Virus record (IMG/VR): IMGVR_UViG_3300049170_000117
Location: 1-28,396 of that record
Length of the DNA stretch: 28,396 nucleotides
DNA from: a virus
Taxonomy: Duplodnaviria > Caudoviricetes
Strand: one strand, 5' to 3'
Part shown: positions 25,223 through 28,396 of the stretch, one piece after another
Position numbering within the stretch: position 1 is the stretch's first letter
Layout: each line of letters starts with the position of its first letter
Program-made: the position numbers and the translations under genes
Notes under the pieces: model-generated
Databases searched by the model: none
What the model saw: the letters and a program-made list of their open reading frames with translations, nothing else
What the model was told of the DNA's origin: nothing

Positions 25223-25653
25223 CAGTCGATCACCTGCACCCTGACGATGCGCACCACGCTGAAGGTGCCGACGTTCTTGTCCGACACCCGGAAGCGGCGG
25301 CCGACGAGCTGCGGGTCACGCGGCCCGCCCGGCCGTACGGACCCGGCGACGCGGATCACGTCGTCGGGCCGCAGCTCCGGGGCATGAACCGGCAGCACCG
25401 CCTGGTAGTCGGTGGTCGGCGGCTCCTGCGCGACCGCGCCGCCCAGCGGCTTGGTGATCGCTGGACGCCCCAGCGGCATCACCGCGCCGAGCCCGTCCCA
25501 GATCAGCACCTCGTCCGGCGCCGGCGACACCATCTGCCCCGTGGTCTCGTCCAGGTAGTCGTCCGCGCGGCCTGCGCTGTCGCGCCACGCCTCCAGCTTG
25601 TCGTCCAGGAGGCGGCCGACCACCCGCCGCGCCCCCTCCACGTCAAACGCCAC
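25222..25653 (-). CDS. Head-closure/stopper protein (DUF6093-like)
   Basis: LDETTG, IWDG, LRPDDVIRV, DPQLVGRRFRV; synteny. Confidence 0.75.
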   Translation of the reverse strand: MAFDVEGARRVVGRLLDDKLEAWRDSAGRADDYLDETTGQMVSPAPDEVLIWDGLGAVMPLGRPAITKPLGGAVAQEPPTTDYQAVLPVHAPELRPDDVIRVAGSVRPGGPRDPQLVGRRFRVSDKNVGTFSVVRIVRVQVID

Positions 25654-26014
25654 GGGCCCACTCCCCGAGCTGGGTGAGCATCGCCTGCGTCAGCGAGTGC
25701 GGGCCCGTGCCGAGGTCGGGCCTGGCCAGCGCGGTCCGTTCCAGTTCCTCGGTGTCGATCGCCGACAGGAAGACCGCAGCGGCCGGGCCGGGGTCGGGCA
25801 TATCGGCGACGGCGACGCGGGCCAGGCCCTCGAAGGCGGTCTCGGCGTAGTCCCCGGAGTAGAGGATGACCTGCGGCGGCTCGCCCTCTCTGTGGCTGAC
25901 GGTGTAGCCGCTCAGGGCTCCCGGGTCCACCCGCTGCCCGTCGATCTCGATCGCGGCCTTCGGACCGCGGGCGGTGATCCGCACGCTGTGCAGGTCCTCT
26001 TCGTTGTGATCCAT
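25643..26014 (-). CDS. Hypothetical protein (123 aa), first gene of the structural operon
   Basis: ATG at 26014 lies 7 nt after TAGCGT (possible leaderless -10); overlaps the next gene. Confidence 0.7.
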   Translation of the reverse strand: MDHNEEDLHSVRITARGPKAAIEIDGQRVDPGALSGYTVSHREGEPPQVILYSGDYAETAFEGLARVAVADMPDPGPAAAVFLSAIDTEELERTALARPDLGTGPHSLTQAMLTQLGEWARGV

Positions 26015-26378
26015 TCCCTCAACGCTAGGGCGGCTGTCGGACACCACCCCAGGCAAGCAAGATCGTTCTTGCCCAATTGTGCAAACACGGGTGGGCGGCC
26101 GCTCCGGCCACCCACCCGCACGCCACTTCGCAAGTGTTAGGGTCCGCGACTTTATGCGCACCGGCTCCTGCAGAAACCTGGGAATCCGGGCTGGGTGAGC
26201 AGTGACGGTCGGTACGTTTTGAGCAATCGGTAGCGTCTCCATGGGGAGGCCGGTGACTGTGCGTGCGTTGCCGGGTCGGTGGGCTCCCGCCCTCGGTTTC
26301 GCCGTCGAGTCTCAAAAACCACGGCCGATCGTGAAATGGCTGGCAGCCGCCATGCCGGCTCTGGCAGGGTCGGCGCGC

Positions 26379-26810
26379 ATGAGCTGCACATTCTGCCGCC
26401 TGATCCACGAGGACACCGCTCGCTGGGTGTTCCGTGGCCAGCTGGCCTCCGCGTTTGCTCCGCTGAACCCTCTCGCGCCAGGGCACACCCTGGTGATTCC
26501 AACATCCCATTACGCGGACATCTTCGATACGCCGTCGGAGGTCCTGTCCGGGACCATGGCGCTAGCCAAGCGAGTTGCCGTGGAGATGCGGACCACGTTG
26601 GCGGCCGGAGGTGTGAACATCCTCAGCGCCAGCGGTCCCGGTTCCGAGCAGTCGGTGCCCCATCTCCACTTTCATGTGATTCCCCGCTGGCGGGATGACG
26701 GATTCTCGACCTGGCCGACGCAGCAGTCCCAGCACCAGGTCGACGGCGACCCCGTTGTACAGCTCACCGCCGCCATGATGGCCAGCGACGGGACAACTGA
26801 CAGCTACTGA
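26379..26810 (+). CDS. HIT family nucleotide hydrolase
   Basis: CTFC, PGHTLVIP, HLHFHVIPR histidine triad. Confidence 0.92.
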   Translation: MSCTFCRLIHEDTARWVFRGQLASAFAPLNPLAPGHTLVIPTSHYADIFDTPSEVLSGTMALAKRVAVEMRTTLAAGGVNILSASGPGSEQSVPHLHFHVIPRWRDDGFSTWPTQQSQHQVDGDPVVQLTAAMMASDGTTDSY

Positions 26811-27148
26811 ACGTCGCTGTTGCTCAGGCTGCCCAGTCGAGGCCACGACGCCTTGCGTTGGTCACGATCAGTAGCAGGTGATCAGAGCTGCTCGGAAGCG
26901 TTGAAGTTCGTGGCCTCCTACGCCCCCCAGCAAGGAGTCGCTGCCCCAGGACCGCAGCTACTCATCCTTGTCCCAGTAGTAGTCATCACCGGGATCATTG
27001 GGCTCGGCAGCGTGGGTAGGCCGCTCATCGAATCCGGAGACGGCGGTGGGGCTTTCCACGTCACGAGCCACCGCGTCCACGACGCTCGGCAGCCTCCCGA
27101 TCCATTTGTGCGGCCAGGAGGAGGCTGAGGCTCGCTGGCGTGTGCGGC

Positions 27149-28396
27149 TCAGCCCCTCGCGCGGTAAACGTCGGCGCTCCTCCTGAGGGGGTCGTACACC
27201 AGCCCGTACCGGTCGTTGACCATGGATGGGGCGAGGCCGATGTCCGTGCGCAGGTCCGTGCCCGTGCGGGCGTCGAGAATCATGGGGCCGTTGGCTTCGG
27301 CGTAGACCAGGCCGTGCCACGCCGAGGTCACCTCCGGCGCGACACGGTTCGCAGCTTCGTCCGGCAGGCGCCACAGCACGCGTGCGGTTCGCAGGTCCAC
27401 GGCCGTGACAGTCGCGGAACCGGATCCATCGGTACCGGAGCAGACGGTCGTGGTCCAGCCGTCGTAGTGGCAGTTGCGTGCCCCATCTTTCATGTCCAGG
27501 CTGATCTTCCCCGTGACCGGGTCGAGAAGCAGGCTGCCTGCCCCGATCCCGTTCGCCAGGGTTAGCCCGGGACCCGGATCCGCCGTCCGCGCCTCGCCGG
27601 TGATCACCGGCCGCTTCCACAGTTGACGGCCGTCCGAGGTCGACTTGCCCACGAGTTCGCCGTCGTCGCGTGTACCGACGGCCACCGTCTTCTCCAGGTC
27701 GATGCCGTCGAGGTCCCGGTCCGTCCAGATCACCCGGCCGGTCCGCGCATCGAGTAGGACGCTCATGCGTGGTGTCTCTGAGTAACCCTCCTCGGACACT
27801 GACACGAGTACTCTTCGGCCGTCCGCCCCGACGACACGAGGGGTGCCCGCCCAGGTGTCGTCGTCCTTGGCGAGCTCGCGTGCCCACAACTGGCTGCCTG
27901 TGGCCGCGTCGAGTGCAATGATCTTGATGGCTTCGTGTCCCGCGGAGGTTCCTTCACCCTCCTTGCTCGTGGCGAAGGCCCCAACCACAGCAGTGCCCGC
28001 CATGCGCGGCGCATGTTTACGCGGCATGACTCCAAAGGAATCGCCGTCTTGCACGGGTGCGTGCCAGGCGATCTCTCCGGTGTCGAGCTGGTAGGCAGTG
28101 ACGCCGACGTCCTCCTCGTCGTCGTAGGTGTATGCCAGATGGTCGCCGAGTGTCACGGTGTCGGTGAGGCTGTCGAAGTGCTCCACCAGGGACCAGGGCA
28201 TGTCGATCGAAGCGAAGGCTTCCGGCTCGAAGATCTGGGGCGGGCCCTGTGGCTGCGTCCCGCCGGTGCTCGTAGTCGAGCCCGATGAGGCGCCGTACGG
28301 TGCCTTTCCCCCGGCCGCCGTCTGGCCGCCGCCACAAGCGGCCAGGGAGCATGCTGCCGTGGCCGCTGCCGCCCTCAGGAGTACTCGTCCCCACAT
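27149..28396 (-). CDS. PQQ-like beta-propeller repeat lipoprotein
   Basis: Lipobox LAAC; repeated LDxxTGxxxW blades. Confidence 0.85.
   Translation of the reverse strand: MWGRVLLRAAAATAACSLAACGGGQTAAGGKAPYGASSGSTTSTGGTQPQGPPQIFEPEAFASIDMPWSLVEHFDSLTDTVTLGDHLAYTYDDEEDVGVTAYQLDTGEIAWHAPVQDGDSFGVMPRKHAPRMAGTAVVGAFATSKEGEGTSAGHEAIKIIALDAATGSQLWARELAKDDDTWAGTPRVVGADGRRVLVSVSEEGYSETPRMSVLLDARTGRVIWTDRDLDGIDLEKTVAVGTRDDGELVGKSTSDGRQLWKRPVITGEARTADPGPGLTLANGIGAGSLLLDPVTGKISLDMKDGARNCHYDGWTTTVCSGTDGSGSATVTAVDLRTARVLWRLPDEAANRVAPEVTSAWHGLVYAEANGPMILDARTGTDLRTDIGLAPSMVNDRYGLVYDPLRRSADVYRARG

Larger units (their letters stand above)
1..26014 (-). mobile_element. Phage/phage-plasmid-like element (tail, lysis, recombination, replication and methyltransferase modules; no head genes in the window)
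   Basis: Over 30 co-oriented genes with phage-type functions. True boundaries and att sites are not visible. Confidence 0.8.

Noticed and set aside
14973-25653. Contractile injection system (eCIS or R-type tailocin)
   Set aside because: No sheath, baseplate J, VgrG/PAAR or AAA ATPase; gene set and long TMP are siphophage type.
88-26140. Many long plus-strand and alternative-frame ORFs (e.g. 5512..7344, 8459..10105, 13503..15179, 19524..21644)
   Set aside because: Shadow ORFs of high-GC3 genes; no motifs, and they overlap well-supported minus-strand genes.
26958-27100. Short acidic minus-strand ORF ending DDYYWDKDE
   Set aside because: No clear start or recognisable motif; possibly a remnant but unsupported.
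1-28396. tRNA, rRNA, integrase, transposase, att sites
   Set aside because: None recognisable by eye; tRNAscan or Infernal would be needed to exclude small RNAs.

Overview
High-GC (Streptomyces-like) DNA. From about 1 to 26014 it is one co-directional, minus-strand, phage- or phage-plasmid-like element. In transcription order it holds: a siphophage neck and tail module (DUF6093-like head closure, HK97 gp10-like, tail terminator, tail tube, frameshifting tail chaperones, 1422-aa tape measure, Dit and three tip proteins); a lysis cassette whose amidase runs in frame into an r1t-like holin; a tandem wHTH regulator; a Bet plus Cas4-like exonuclease pair; and a duplicated wHTH replication initiator with an intragenic lambda-like iteron origin. 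An accessory arm follows with C5 and N6 orphan methyltransferases, WhiB, HU, RuvC-like resolvase and small ORFs, punctuated by repeated promoter/operator motifs. I see no terminase, portal, capsid, sheath, integrase or CI-type repressor. Where head genes would be expected there are a HIT hydrolase and a beta-propeller lipoprotein. All product calls come from motif recognition by eye; no database search was run.
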